Source of the DNA: an uncultured Eubacteriales bacterium
GTDB lineage: Bacteria > Acidobacteriota > Aminicenantia > Aminicenantales > Aminicenantaceae
NCBI GenBank assembly: GCA_964410125.1
Contig: CAYPGQ010000005.1
Location: forward strand, 21,395-85,394
DNA: 64,000 bases
Direction: 5' to 3'
In this document: piece by piece, positions 21,701-30,976 of the stretch
Layout of the letters: every line of letters starts with the position of its first letter
Position numbering within the stretch: position 1 is the first letter of the stretch
Notes under the pieces: model-generated
What the model saw: only the letters and a program-made list of their open reading frames with translations
Databases searched by the model: none
What the model was told of the DNA's origin: nothing
Program-made: the position numbers and the translations under genes

Positions 21701-21788
21701 CCTGATCATGGGATTCAATGCCGTGAAACCTTTCAACAGACCGAACAAAAACTGGGTGTTCCAGTTCACGATCATGCCAGGATTCTAA
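18723..21788 (+). CDS. Fusion protein: signal peptide, gluzincin metallopeptidase domain, PD40/TolB-like beta-propeller, and Omp85 (BamA/surface antigen) beta-barrel
   Basis: HELVHAFQYD (HExxH) followed by FIEGLAEY (a Glu that could be the third ligand). Repeated SPDG / SWSPDGR / QWAPDS PD40 motifs. A C-terminal barrel with the Omp85 loop-6 LLRGY motif and a terminal aromatic residue (...IMPGF). Confidence 0.55.
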   Translation: MMFACYIKRYLLIFTIIYIGTVSAASLVHAQYFGRNKVQYDKFDFKILKTQHFDVYFYPEMEESAQLSARMAERWYARLSRIFNHKLKGRQPLILYASSSHFQQTTTISGAIGEGTGGVTESFKRRIILPVGGSLAATDRVIGHELVHAFQYDLTSQNRSSYAGASSGLARIPLWFIEGLAEYLSIGSIDPNTAMWMRDVTQRKELPTIKKMDDPYKYFPYRYGQSLWAYITGKYGDEAVASLMKQVSRVGELESAMQKVLNVNFEQLTKEWHQAMNETYNPIAEKTRLVEKNSRPLFKATKENRLNVSPTLSPDGSQIVFLSSRDLFSIDMYLADAKTGKIIRRLVKTATDPHFDSLQFLNSSGSWDSKGERFVFGGITKSEPVLVVVNTKTGKREKEVVFKELGEILNPTWSPDGRFVAFSALDGGLSDIFLLDLETEELKKLTDDPFSDLYPSWSPDGRTIAFVTDRFSSDLSILNIGDFQMALLDPDTGDIEKIRGFLGAKNINPQWAPDSKSLFFMSDRNGISNVYRVDLVSEEISQVTNLFTGVSGIMAQSPAISIAQETGQMAFSVYSENNYSIYAIDSYELLSGEEPNGDFGEILPSLLPPRKKGEGEVIALLNNPLYGLPEEADFEISDYKPKLALDYVSPGQMAVGTDRFGMYAGGGIMLNFSDMLGYHNLFTMAQVNSRVEDSTLLAGYQNTRSRLNWGAVVQRIPYVYGGVSMGYGDFLGQTALLEQEYIFRQVNYQASIFAFYPFNKSRRFELSAGYRLIDYQQEVRTRAYTIDGFFLDRIKQELDAPDSLYYGFFTAAFVYDSSFFGATAPILGQSYRIEFTPYFGGNLNFSSLLADYRRYLMPVRPFTLAFRIMHYGRYGNNATDERFYPLFLGYETLLRGYNSSSFGFDENDVYAQLFGNKLMIANVELRFPLFGVLGLGRGYYGILPVDFVAFYDAGIAWGYEVEGDAESKPFFLGGNRRPLSSVGIGLRMNLMGFLIMGFNAVKPFNRPNKNWVFQFTIMPGF

Positions 21789-21858
21789 TCGTTCTTTCAA
21801 GCCGCCTGTAGTAAAAGCAGATTCATTTCGTATGCATGTGTCATTGTGCCTGTCCTTA

Positions 21859-22605
21859 CTAAAAAAGCCTGAAGAGCTTAAGGGCCATTATGCTGATGGC
21901 CACGGCAAGAATGATACGGATAACTCTTTCACCCCCTTTAACCGCCACGTGGGCGCCCCACCAACCTCCAAAGGCGTTACCTGCAGCAAGGGCGAGTCCA
22001 TATTCCCAATTTACATTGTCCGTCCACATGAATATCAGCAGTGCGGGTAAAGTGTAGATCAAAATAATAAATACCTTGTGCATGTTGACCGCTATGAGAT
22101 CGACGCGGAGAAGGTGGTAGAGGGCAGCCATGAACAAAAAACCCACGCCAATTTGGAGAAATCCACCGTAAAATCCGATTCCCAATAGGGCGGGATAAAT
22201 CCACCAGCTTCTCTGTTCTTTTTGATCTGGATTCCTATCCTTGTATGAACGTGAAAAGAACAAGGATATCACGATAAATATCAAGACCCCCCCCAAGATG
22301 CGTTCGAACAATACACTGCTGATCCGTGCGGCCAGGATGGCCCCTAGGATGGCGCCAGGGAGGGTGAACAGAGAAAGCTCTGTGCTTGTCCGGAACTGGT
22401 GCATTTTGTTCTTTCGGAAGGAAGCGACGGCAAAGATATTCTGGATAAATATAGCGATGCGGTTCGTGCCGTTAGCCAGGGCGCCGTCAAGGCCCATGAA
22501 AATCAGCGTGGGCAAAGTGAGGCTTGATCCACCGCCGGCATTCACGTTGATGAATCCCGCTATCGAGCCTACCCCGAATAAAATCAACCAGTTCCAATAG
22601 TCCAT
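21859..22605 (-). CDS. TauE/SafE family sulfite/anion exporter
   Basis: 248-aa membrane protein with two glycine-rich internal repeats typical of TauE/SafE. Confidence 0.65.
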   Translation of the reverse strand: MDYWNWLILFGVGSIAGFINVNAGGGSSLTLPTLIFMGLDGALANGTNRIAIFIQNIFAVASFRKNKMHQFRTSTELSLFTLPGAILGAILAARISSVLFERILGGVLIFIVISLFFSRSYKDRNPDQKEQRSWWIYPALLGIGFYGGFLQIGVGFLFMAALYHLLRVDLIAVNMHKVFIILIYTLPALLIFMWTDNVNWEYGLALAAGNAFGGWWGAHVAVKGGERVIRIILAVAISIMALKLFRLF

Positions 22606-22755
22606 TCACTCTTCCTGAAGCTAGAAAATTTATAGAAATCATACCTGTTGTCTTGAAAAAACGCAATGCATTGAACAAGAAAGAGTATTCGGTTTTAATC
22701 ATTGTGTAAGCAGCGGAAAATATTGATCAGTTTCCGAGGATGGAGTACTATTTGA

Positions 22756-23898
22756 TTGGGAATAGATATGAAAGATATCCATCCTCTCCTAGATGAAGAA
22801 AGCCAGAAAAAGGCCCGCTTTTATGAGAAAGAGAAACGTCTCCTTGGCTTTGCTAGCCTGATTCTATCTCTTGCCTTTCTCCTTATCTTTTATTTCAGTG
22901 GGATTAGTTCTTTACTGGCTGACCTCAATATTGCCCATTCCATCATAGGGACATTCCTCGTTTATGTGGTTACCTTTTATTCGACCATGACGATCTTCGG
23001 TTTTCCTTTGGAATTCTTTAGTGGCTATATTCATGAGCACAAATGGGACTTTTCCAACCACACGGTGAAGAGCTGGTTGTGGGAAAAGATCAAGTCCTTT
23101 TTTATAGGGTTGATCATTTTTATTCTCATATTGGGATTGTTACTTTGGATCATGGCCATAACTCCAAAATGGTGGTGGTTAGTGGCAGCATTGGTGATGG
23201 CCTTTGTGAGTGTAGTTTTTGCAATCCTTTTCCCGATTGTCATTGCTCCAATTTTTAATAAATACACGCCAATCCAAAATGAGAAATTAACCAAAGTCCT
23301 AGATAAAATGTTCGTGCGTGGAGGACTTAAGAGCAGTGGGATTTTCAAGGAGGACATGAGTCGTCAAACCAAAAAGGAGAATGCATTTCTGGCCGGATTG
23401 GGCAAAACGAGACGGATTGTATTGGGGGATAATTTGCTAGAAAATATGACGATTCACGAGATAGAATCGATCATTGCCCACGAAGTCGGTCACTATAAGT
23501 ATCAACATATCTGGAAGAATATCGGGATTGGAACACTGCAACAATTGCTGATTTTCTTTGTCATCAATTTGATATTAAAATGGGCGTTCCCTCACTTCCT
23601 ATCCTCAACACAAGGGAATCTTTCCCTTTTTCCTATATTTGCCATTTTATTGGGAGGATTTTCAGGATTCCTGTTTGCTCCGCTGAAAAATTGCCTTTCT
23701 CGAAATTTCGAAAAAGAGGCAGACAGATATGCACTGGCCAATATAAAGAATAACAGGGCATTCATGACAGCTCTCGCAGGATTGGCGAACCGAAACCTAT
23801 CCAATGCTTATCCAGAATGGTGGATGAAATCCCTGTATTATTCTCATCCGCCAATCGGCGAGCGGTTAAAAATGGCAGAGAAAAGAGATATAAAATAG
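22756..23898 (+). CDS. M48-family (Ste24/HtpX-like) zinc metalloprotease
   Basis: N-terminal TM helices followed by HEVGHYKYQH (HExxH) and a downstream Glu motif. The architecture is Ste24-like. Confidence 0.8.
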   Translation: MGIDMKDIHPLLDEESQKKARFYEKEKRLLGFASLILSLAFLLIFYFSGISSLLADLNIAHSIIGTFLVYVVTFYSTMTIFGFPLEFFSGYIHEHKWDFSNHTVKSWLWEKIKSFFIGLIIFILILGLLLWIMAITPKWWWLVAALVMAFVSVVFAILFPIVIAPIFNKYTPIQNEKLTKVLDKMFVRGGLKSSGIFKEDMSRQTKKENAFLAGLGKTRRIVLGDNLLENMTIHEIESIIAHEVGHYKYQHIWKNIGIGTLQQLLIFFVINLILKWAFPHFLSSTQGNLSLFPIFAILLGGFSGFLFAPLKNCLSRNFEKEADRYALANIKNNRAFMTALAGLANRNLSNAYPEWWMKSLYYSHPPIGERLKMAEKRDIK

Positions 23899-24210
23899 AA
23901 GGAATCATAAAACTTTTTTTGTTCAAAAGGAAAAATTCACAGGAGTACAGCTTCGTAATTTTTACGTTCGATAAACGATGTCACAACACAAGGTTTTGAT
24001 GGAATGAATTATGGGCTAAAAATCCGGGCCGAAACGAAGAAAAATGAACTCTCCTAGGGGGGTGAATATGTGATTTAAATTTCACCCCTAAAGAGGATTG
24101 CCAAATTAAGGCGATGTTGCCGATAATATTATCTTAGAATAGGAGTAGGGCAAAATATCGGAGCTCTAATCCAGGCACGAGATAAAAAGGAAACAGGAAG
24201 GGGAAAGCGT

Positions 24211-25092
24211 TTGAAAAGCCAAATGAAAAAAATTATTGGGCTTTCCATACTATTTTTATTTGTGTTGGGTCTGCATTCAGGCAGGCTTTATTCTTCCTCA
24301 AAAAAATTGAAAATTATCGTCGACAAAGCTTCTATCCATCTAGATCCGGATAAAAGAAGCACTGTGGTTGCCATGTTGAATAAAGGCTCTCTTGTGTCTC
24401 TTGGCAGTGAGCGTAAATTCCGTACAAATTGGAACTATGTTTATTTCACTTCAGAAAAATCTGGCCGGACCAAGTCTGGATACATCCTTGATATATTGGT
24501 TGAAAAACTCTTCGAAGTCACAAAAAAATCCACCATCCAACGAGAAGGGGATGAAACAGGGAACCAAGCAGGATCAAAAAAGAATTTCAGGAATACTCGA
24601 TGGGGAATGAACAAAGCGCAGGTTGTGCGGATCGAGGGAAGTCCAAATCACCGTGAAAATTCAGGCGGGTTGGATATTATTCAATATCCCCAGAAGATTT
24701 TGAACATGGATTGTATGATAGGGTACGTGTTTGCTTATAATAAATTAGCCAAGGCCAAATACAGTTTCCTTGCCAATTACGAGGACAAAAATCAGTATAT
24801 CCACAATTATAAAAAAATAAAGGATATCTTAATACAAAAATATGGAAAATCCGAAGCAGAAAAGGTTCTATGGCAGGATAAACAATATCAAAATAATCGT
24901 TCAAACTGGGGATTGGCTCTCAGCCTAGGTCATCTCGAGTTCAGTTCTCTTTGGAAGGATTCGGAAACAGAAATTCAACTCCGCGTGTATGGAGGAAGAA
25001 ATAGGGTTTTTCTTGTGGTGTTATACTCTGGTCTCGAATTCTTGGATCTGGCAAAAAAAGTGAGAGCACAAAGTCAACTTTCTATCTGGTAA
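24211..25092 (+). CDS. Secreted hypothetical protein
   Basis: ORF with an N-terminal signal peptide (IIGLSILFLFVLGL). No recognisable catalytic motifs. Confidence 0.4.
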   Translation: MKSQMKKIIGLSILFLFVLGLHSGRLYSSSKKLKIIVDKASIHLDPDKRSTVVAMLNKGSLVSLGSERKFRTNWNYVYFTSEKSGRTKSGYILDILVEKLFEVTKKSTIQREGDETGNQAGSKKNFRNTRWGMNKAQVVRIEGSPNHRENSGGLDIIQYPQKILNMDCMIGYVFAYNKLAKAKYSFLANYEDKNQYIHNYKKIKDILIQKYGKSEAEKVLWQDKQYQNNRSNWGLALSLGHLEFSSLWKDSETEIQLRVYGGRNRVFLVVLYSGLEFLDLAKKVRAQSQLSIW

Positions 25093-25121
25093 ATCGGATT
25101 CCTAGCCCCTCAACATCCTAT

Positions 25122-25334
25122 CCTGAATTATTCACGTGCCAAGATTGCTGCAGCGGCAAGGCAGTGGCTCATGAGCTGTATCTGTATACTGCGATTGGGC
25201 TACAACGAAGCCGATGTGGTGAGATTGGCTCGCCCGAAGGGTAAAAAATTCCGATGTATGATAATAATAGATATGAAATTTCAGTTTTTGCGGGAAAGAG
25301 ATAAAGCATCGGAATTTTTTATAAATAATTCAGG
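25122..25334. repeat. Pair of inverted terminal-motif copies (CCTGAATTATTCACG ... AATAATTCAGG) bracketing about 210 bp of unrelated sequence
   Basis: Located in the convergent intergenic region between the secreted hypothetical gene and the purF-like gene. The bracket length is similar to copies A and B, but the internal sequence differs. Confidence 0.35.
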
Positions 25335-25337
25335 TAT

Positions 25338-26738
25338 TTATTCAGCACCGTCCCAGCAGTAAGTGCACACCTTTTCTTTAGGAAGACCGATGGCCTCCAC
25401 AAGATCTTCCAGTCTTTGATACTGCAGAGAAGTCAAGTTTAGTCTTTTTCTGATACTTTCGACCATGGCCATATATTTATCCGAGCCTGCTTGGGCATAT
25501 TCGTTCAATTCTCCCACATTTTCTCCAACCAACTCATTGATAGCAGTCCTTGCGGCCAAGTCCATTTCTGATCTTGATCTGGAAAAGTTTAAGAACTTGC
25601 AGGCATAGATAAGGGGAGGGCAGGCTGGTCTCATGTGCACCTCCAAGGCTCCTGCATCGTACAACCTTTGGATGGTGTCCTGGAGTTGTGTTCCTCTAAC
25701 GATCGAATCCTCGCAAAACAACAATCGCTTGCCTTTGATGAATTCCTGGACCGGGAGGAGTTTCATTTTTGCGACCAAGTTCCGAATGGCCTGGTCCTGC
25801 GGCATAAAGCTTCTCGGCCAAGTCGGTGTGTATTTAACGAAGGGTCTTTTGAATGGGATTCCGGATTCGCCGGCATATCCTAAGCCATGGGCTGTTCCTG
25901 AGTCAGGGATGCCAGCCACAAAATCAATCTTGATCGAATCCCGCTGGGCAAGCTTTGCCCCGCATCGGTTACGGACATCCTCGACATTGATGCCTTCATA
26001 GCTCGATGCCGGGTACCCATAGTAGACCCACAAAAACCCACATATCTGCATTTTATCCTCTGGTGCCTTTTTTTGTTCGATCCCTTCACGCTTTAAAAGC
26101 ACGATTTCTCCGGGTCCTAGATACTGCTTGACGTTGAGTTCGAGGTTCGGGAATGCACAGGTTTCGAGGGAGGCAGCAAAACTTCCTTCTTTTTCTCCGA
26201 TGACGATCGGGGTTCGCCCCAATTTATCCCTAGCCGCATAGATACCATCATCTGTCAACAACAAGAGGGAACATGATCCCTCGATGGCTTCTTGGGCGCT
26301 TTTTATCCCTTCCACAAATGTCGATTCTTGGTTGATCAACGTGGAAACGAGTTCGGTCGGATTGATCTCCCCTCCACTCATATCCCGAAAATGGAGTTTT
26401 TTTTCCTGAAACGCTTTTTTAATGAGGTTTTCACTATTTTGAATGACCCCAACAGTGACGATGGCATAGTTCCCGAGGTGTGATCGAATCAAAAGCGGTT
26501 GGTCGTCAAAGTCGCTTATGACCCCGATGCCTTTGTTTCCGGACATCATCGTGATGTCGGTTTCGAATTTGGAGCGAAATTGAGCGTTCTCTATGTTGTG
26601 GATGAATCGGATAAATCCGGTTTCATTCTGTACAGCTAGTCCGCCCCTTTTTGTTCCGAGGTGTGAGTGGTAATCTGTACCGAAAAAAAGGTCGTTGACA
26701 CAGTCCTTGTCAGAAATGATTCCGAAGAAGCCTCCCAT
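25338..26738 (-). CDS. Amidophosphoribosyltransferase-like protein (PurF family) lacking the N-terminal Cys nucleophile
   Basis: Ntn-type glutaminase domain plus the PRTase motif LLFCEDSIVRGTQL. The N-terminus is MGGFFGI instead of the canonical MCGI. Confidence 0.65.
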   Translation of the reverse strand: MGGFFGIISDKDCVNDLFFGTDYHSHLGTKRGGLAVQNETGFIRFIHNIENAQFRSKFETDITMMSGNKGIGVISDFDDQPLLIRSHLGNYAIVTVGVIQNSENLIKKAFQEKKLHFRDMSGGEINPTELVSTLINQESTFVEGIKSAQEAIEGSCSLLLLTDDGIYAARDKLGRTPIVIGEKEGSFAASLETCAFPNLELNVKQYLGPGEIVLLKREGIEQKKAPEDKMQICGFLWVYYGYPASSYEGINVEDVRNRCGAKLAQRDSIKIDFVAGIPDSGTAHGLGYAGESGIPFKRPFVKYTPTWPRSFMPQDQAIRNLVAKMKLLPVQEFIKGKRLLFCEDSIVRGTQLQDTIQRLYDAGALEVHMRPACPPLIYACKFLNFSRSRSEMDLAARTAINELVGENVGELNEYAQAGSDKYMAMVESIRKRLNLTSLQYQRLEDLVEAIGLPKEKVCTYCWDGAE

Positions 26739-26910
26739 ACCTTACTCCTCAATTATCTAGATTTTTTGCTACTGTCAGACATTGGAATTTCGCGAGAGCT
26801 AACTATGACAAAATTCGATTCTTGTTTCAAGAAAAAACATGAGAAAATGTTATTATTGGAACTTTGGCCTCAGAAAATTGTATAATAAAAATACTAGAGA
26901 AGGAGGAACG

Positions 26911-27711
26911 ATGAAAAATAAGAGCTTTTTTCTGCTTATTCTTTCCATGCTTTTCCTAAGTTCTTGCTTTTATATACAAGTCGAATATCCACCAGAGAGG
27001 GGAAGGACTCCCTTGGAAGAATTTCATAAAAGTGTCCCTTTTTCCCCAGGTGGCACCCTTTCTTTGGCAAATGTGAATGGGAATGTTGAAATTAACGGAT
27101 GGGAGAGAGAAGAACTGGAAGTGTATGCAGAAAAAATGATTCAGCTTCCCGAACGAACCAAATTTTATATTTATCCCAGGAAAGACTTTGCCCCTGGAAT
27201 TGTTTTTGATAAGTTTGAGAATTTCATCAAAATCAGAACAAAAAACGTCTCAGAGAACAAAGAAGTAGGATTTGTGGATTACTTCATCGATGTTCCCAGT
27301 TCTATAAATTTGAAAGATATCGTGGTGAGAAAAGGGAATATAAATATCTCCGGAGTTTACGGCGATGCTTATTTGGATTTGACAGAAGGGGATATAACGG
27401 TGGAAAATTTTTCCGGATCTTTAACAGCATCGGCCAATCGAGGCTCTGTAGATGTTAGTCTGATTGACCTTCGGGAACAGGATGAGATTGTCATCACGTC
27501 CAGGGAGGGAAACATCACCTTGTCGCTCCAGGAAAATGCGAGTGCCCATCTGGTGGCTGCATTTCCCGATGGAGAGATCAGCAGTGAATTTGAAATCGAT
27601 GTGCCGCCAGGTGATAAAAAGATCGACACCCAATGGGGAGAAAATGGGCCCAGCATTTCTTTAACGGCTTTAAGGGGCAATATAAGGATCACAAAAATTA
27701 TGAAGTATTGA
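26911..27711 (+). CDS. Lipoprotein with DUF4097-like (putative adhesin beta-helix) repeats
   Basis: RBS aggagg 26901-26906. Signal peptide with lipobox LSSC. Repetitive G-N-I/V segments (GNVEINGW, GNINISGV, GDITVENFSGS, GNITLSL). Confidence 0.5.
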   Translation: MKNKSFFLLILSMLFLSSCFYIQVEYPPERGRTPLEEFHKSVPFSPGGTLSLANVNGNVEINGWEREELEVYAEKMIQLPERTKFYIYPRKDFAPGIVFDKFENFIKIRTKNVSENKEVGFVDYFIDVPSSINLKDIVVRKGNINISGVYGDAYLDLTEGDITVENFSGSLTASANRGSVDVSLIDLREQDEIVITSREGNITLSLQENASAHLVAAFPDGEISSEFEIDVPPGDKKIDTQWGENGPSISLTALRGNIRITKIMKY

Positions 27712-27737
27712 ATGTCTTTTTTTTAAAGGAGAAAAAC

Positions 27738-28514
27738 ATGGAAGAACAGAAAAAGGTCATCGTAGCCGGAATCATTTTTGTTGTATTGATAGTGGCCACA
27801 GCCTTCATTTATTACTTTTTTATTTATTCAAAACCTCAAAAGTCTGAAGAAGCGACCCAGATCGTTCAAGAGCAGCCCGTGGTTGAGGAGAAGGTCCAAC
27901 CAGAAGAGGAAAAGGTCGAACCGCTGGATGTGAGTTTGGATAAAAGTGATGATCTGGTCCGGAAACTTGCGGAAGAATTATCATCCCATCCTAAGCTGGC
28001 CATGTGGTTGATGAGCGAGGAATTGATTCGGAAGTTCGTGGCTGCCGTTGATAACATCGCCAATGGTCAAAGCCCAGCGCCGCAGATCGATTTTTTCAAA
28101 CCCGATGGAAAGTTCAAAATTGTCGAGGAGGTAGGAGAATGCTTCCTTGATCCAGAAAGTTATAAACGGTATGACCTTGCAGCTGAAGTTTTTGTATCAT
28201 TGGATTCCAAAGGATGTGTGACTCTGTATAGGCAGCTGAAACCAGCCATCCAAGAGGCATACAAAGATTTGGGATATCCAGACACAGAATTTGACAACAC
28301 ATTGAAAAAAGCTTTAATGGAACTTCTTAAGGTTCCCGTCATCAAACAGAACATCCAACTGGAAAAGAAGGTCTTGACCTATACAATAGTTGATACCGAT
28401 TTGGAATCCTTGAGTTCTGCCCAAAAACATCTTCTGCGAACGGGGCCAGACAACGTCCGAGTTATCCAGGGGAAACTTCGTGAGATGGCCGAATTTTTGG
28501 GTTTTATGAAGTAA
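27738..28514 (+). CDS. Membrane-anchored hypothetical protein
   Basis: Start MEEQKK followed by a single N-terminal TM helix, a Glu/Pro-rich linker and a globular C-terminal domain. The upstream start in the ORF track is unlikely. Confidence 0.4.
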   Translation: MEEQKKVIVAGIIFVVLIVATAFIYYFFIYSKPQKSEEATQIVQEQPVVEEKVQPEEEKVEPLDVSLDKSDDLVRKLAEELSSHPKLAMWLMSEELIRKFVAAVDNIANGQSPAPQIDFFKPDGKFKIVEEVGECFLDPESYKRYDLAAEVFVSLDSKGCVTLYRQLKPAIQEAYKDLGYPDTEFDNTLKKALMELLKVPVIKQNIQLEKKVLTYTIVDTDLESLSSAQKHLLRTGPDNVRVIQGKLREMAEFLGFMK

Positions 28515-28566
28515 AAAAAGCATCGACGTTTTTTATGAATAGTTCAGGTATAATGGCTCCATAATA

Positions 28567-30948
28567 ATGCTCAAAATCAGAAAAGGAACTCTTCTTTTTG
28601 CTCTGGAAGTCATAGCCATCTCTTCGTATTTCGCGTATGAAATAGCTCAAAATCAGCTGGATTCAAAACTCTCTCCGACCTTTACTTTTTTTCTATTTTT
28701 CCTGCTTTTATCTGCTGGCTTAGGAGGAATTTTATATTCTCTATTGAAATTTTACTCCCAAAAAATGGCATTATGGCTAGATGTGAGTGCTCAAGAGGTC
28801 AGGCGTTTTACCATCCTTTCTTTTGCTCCTTTTTTTTTTCTTGTGCTGGTGTTCATTCAGAAATTTGTCTTTCTCAATGAAATCAGCCATATTGTTTTGG
28901 TCGTCTCGACCCTTGGCTTCATTTATCTCCATTTGTTTTTTCTCTACCGCTTAAATAGGCAGCAACTAGAGATCTTTCCGAAGCTAAGCCGTGCAAAAAT
29001 CGCTCTTCTCTGTTTTGCCTTTGCAGGTATTGTTTATATCTTGGCAGCTTCTGGTATCTTGTTTACTCCATATCCCATTACTGGGGATGAACCCCATTAC
29101 CTCTTAATTACAAAAAGCCTTATATCCGATGGGGATGTCAATCTTTGGAACAACTACCAGAATAAAGATTATCTGGAATTTTATCCGGGGCGGCTTGACT
29201 CTCATACAACAACAGGTAAAAGAGGTTCCCAGTTCCAATACTCAAGGCATATGCCTGGATTATCTGTTCTGCTTTTGCCTGCTTATGTGGTAGGAACCAG
29301 AATTGGCAAAGTATCGGCATCCGTTTTAAGTAAACCGATGTCTGAAAAGGGCGTTCTGATTCTGGCCATCAGGTTTTTTTTATGTGTCTTAGCCGCGGCT
29401 TTAAGCGGAATGTTCTATTTAGTCGTGGATACCCTGCTGAAAAATCGCAAAGTATCTCTCATCACATGGGGCCTTTTTGGTTTCACGACTCCTCTTTTGT
29501 TCTATTCTTTCCAGATCTATCCCGAAGTAGTCGTCGCGCTCATTTCCATCTCTCTCATGTATCTTATTATTATCAAGTCCGATTGGAGGTTGTCCCGTTT
29601 ATTGCTTGCAGGAATCGGGATCGGGATTTTGCCTTGGTTCGGAATAAAGTATATGGTCATTTCAGCCGGATGTGGTCTTCTGTTTATATTCTCTTTTCTC
29701 AGGCAAAAGCAAAAAATAAAAAATTATTTCTATCTAGCGCTTCCAATTTTCCTTTCGGCTGTTTTTTTTCTATTTTTTCTATGGTCCCTGTATGGGAAAC
29801 TATCTCCCGTGGTTGTTTACAAAGGAACGACTGGAGATGGCAGTGTCTCATTTAATGCTTTATATCATTATAACCCGATCGAGTTCTTGAGGTGTTGGAT
29901 TGGATATTTGTTCGATCAACGAGTCGGCCTTTTCATTTATTCCCCTATTTTTGTTCTGTTTTTTCCAGGTTTGATCCTTTGGTTTAGGAAAAATAAAAAA
30001 GAAGCTTTGTCTTTGTTTTTTCCACTGATCCTGTACTGGGCTTTTTGTTCCCTGAGTTATTATTGGGGAGGCTACTGCCCCCCGGGAAGGACCTTGCTAC
30101 CGGTTTTGTGGATTATGTGTTTGTTCATGGGAGGGGCCATGTATTGGTCTGGGAAGAAAAAGCCTGTTGTCATCATGCATTTATTGGTTGGTCTTTCCTT
30201 TCTGAACACATATCTTCTAGCGCAAAACACACGCCTCCTCTACCACGAAAACCTTTCCTTTCATTGGGCAGAGTCTGGAAAAGTCAGCAATGTGTTGCAT
30301 TCGCTGAGCAATGCCTTCATCGATTTTACGAAGTTCGTTCCTTCGCTGTCCAGCCAGGAAGGAATCACTTGGATCCCGCTATTTTTTTGGATTCTTTTGT
30401 CTCTTTTGATAGGATTTTTCTTCATTAGAAGGGTGCGGAAATCCAATGGACGGATTTTGTGTCAAAAGATAATGGTTCCAATGGGAGCGGTTTTTCTCGT
30501 ATGTGCAGCTGTTGTACTTTATTCTTTTCTAGACATTCGCCTCGATGAACAAAAGTCTTTCCAAACAAAGGATGTTCATGTTTATTTCCAGGATGAAAAT
30601 ACATATGGCCATGAAATGAATGGTTTTTGGACAAAGGGAGCCAGCAAAGCAGAGATTATTGTAAAAAGCCCGAGAAAAGCATCAAGTATCGACTTGAGAC
30701 TGACATGTTCTTCCAGGGGAAAAACGATGGTGCGAGTAGGGAATGCGATTAGAATTTTGGGCAAAAAAAATAACGGAGAATCTGAGATAATGGTTTCCTT
30801 TCCCAAACCTGTGGGATTTGCATGGGGAGGGAATCATTTATATGCGATAAAAATCAGAGGGGAGAGCAGTTTTGTGCCCCGCAAGCGGGATAAGAAGTCA
30901 ACGGATAGCAGGTTTTTGGGGGTATTTGTTAGAGTTGAAGTTAATTAA
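28567..30948 (+). CDS. Large polytopic membrane protein, GT-C-fold glycosyltransferase-like
   Basis: More than 12 predicted TM helices. An acidic TGDEPHY motif in an early extracytoplasmic loop, as in GT-C enzymes (ArnT/PMT-like). A soluble C-terminal domain. It is adjacent to GT-A and GT4 genes. Confidence 0.4.
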   Translation: MLKIRKGTLLFALEVIAISSYFAYEIAQNQLDSKLSPTFTFFLFFLLLSAGLGGILYSLLKFYSQKMALWLDVSAQEVRRFTILSFAPFFFLVLVFIQKFVFLNEISHIVLVVSTLGFIYLHLFFLYRLNRQQLEIFPKLSRAKIALLCFAFAGIVYILAASGILFTPYPITGDEPHYLLITKSLISDGDVNLWNNYQNKDYLEFYPGRLDSHTTTGKRGSQFQYSRHMPGLSVLLLPAYVVGTRIGKVSASVLSKPMSEKGVLILAIRFFLCVLAAALSGMFYLVVDTLLKNRKVSLITWGLFGFTTPLLFYSFQIYPEVVVALISISLMYLIIIKSDWRLSRLLLAGIGIGILPWFGIKYMVISAGCGLLFIFSFLRQKQKIKNYFYLALPIFLSAVFFLFFLWSLYGKLSPVVVYKGTTGDGSVSFNALYHYNPIEFLRCWIGYLFDQRVGLFIYSPIFVLFFPGLILWFRKNKKEALSLFFPLILYWAFCSLSYYWGGYCPPGRTLLPVLWIMCLFMGGAMYWSGKKKPVVIMHLLVGLSFLNTYLLAQNTRLLYHENLSFHWAESGKVSNVLHSLSNAFIDFTKFVPSLSSQEGITWIPLFFWILLSLLIGFFFIRRVRKSNGRILCQKIMVPMGAVFLVCAAVVLYSFLDIRLDEQKSFQTKDVHVYFQDENTYGHEMNGFWTKGASKAEIIVKSPRKASSIDLRLTCSSRGKTMVRVGNAIRILGKKNNGESEIMVSFPKPVGFAWGGNHLYAIKIRGESSFVPRKRDKKSTDSRFLGVFVRVEVN

Positions 30949-30963
30949 CCTGGATAATTCAGG
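30949..30963. repeat. Palindromic solo motif CCTGGATAATTCAGG
   Basis: Lies between the convergent stops of the GT-C-like and GT-A genes. It matches the inner palindrome arm of repeat copies A and B. Confidence 0.35.
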
Positions 30964-30976
30964 TTAAAGGCCTTGA

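Noticed and set aside
24058-24088. Hairpin GGGGTGAA-(14 nt)-TTCACCCC downstream of the M48 protease gene.
   Set aside because: There is no following U-tract, so it is not a convincing intrinsic terminator. It has no repeat copies and may be incidental.
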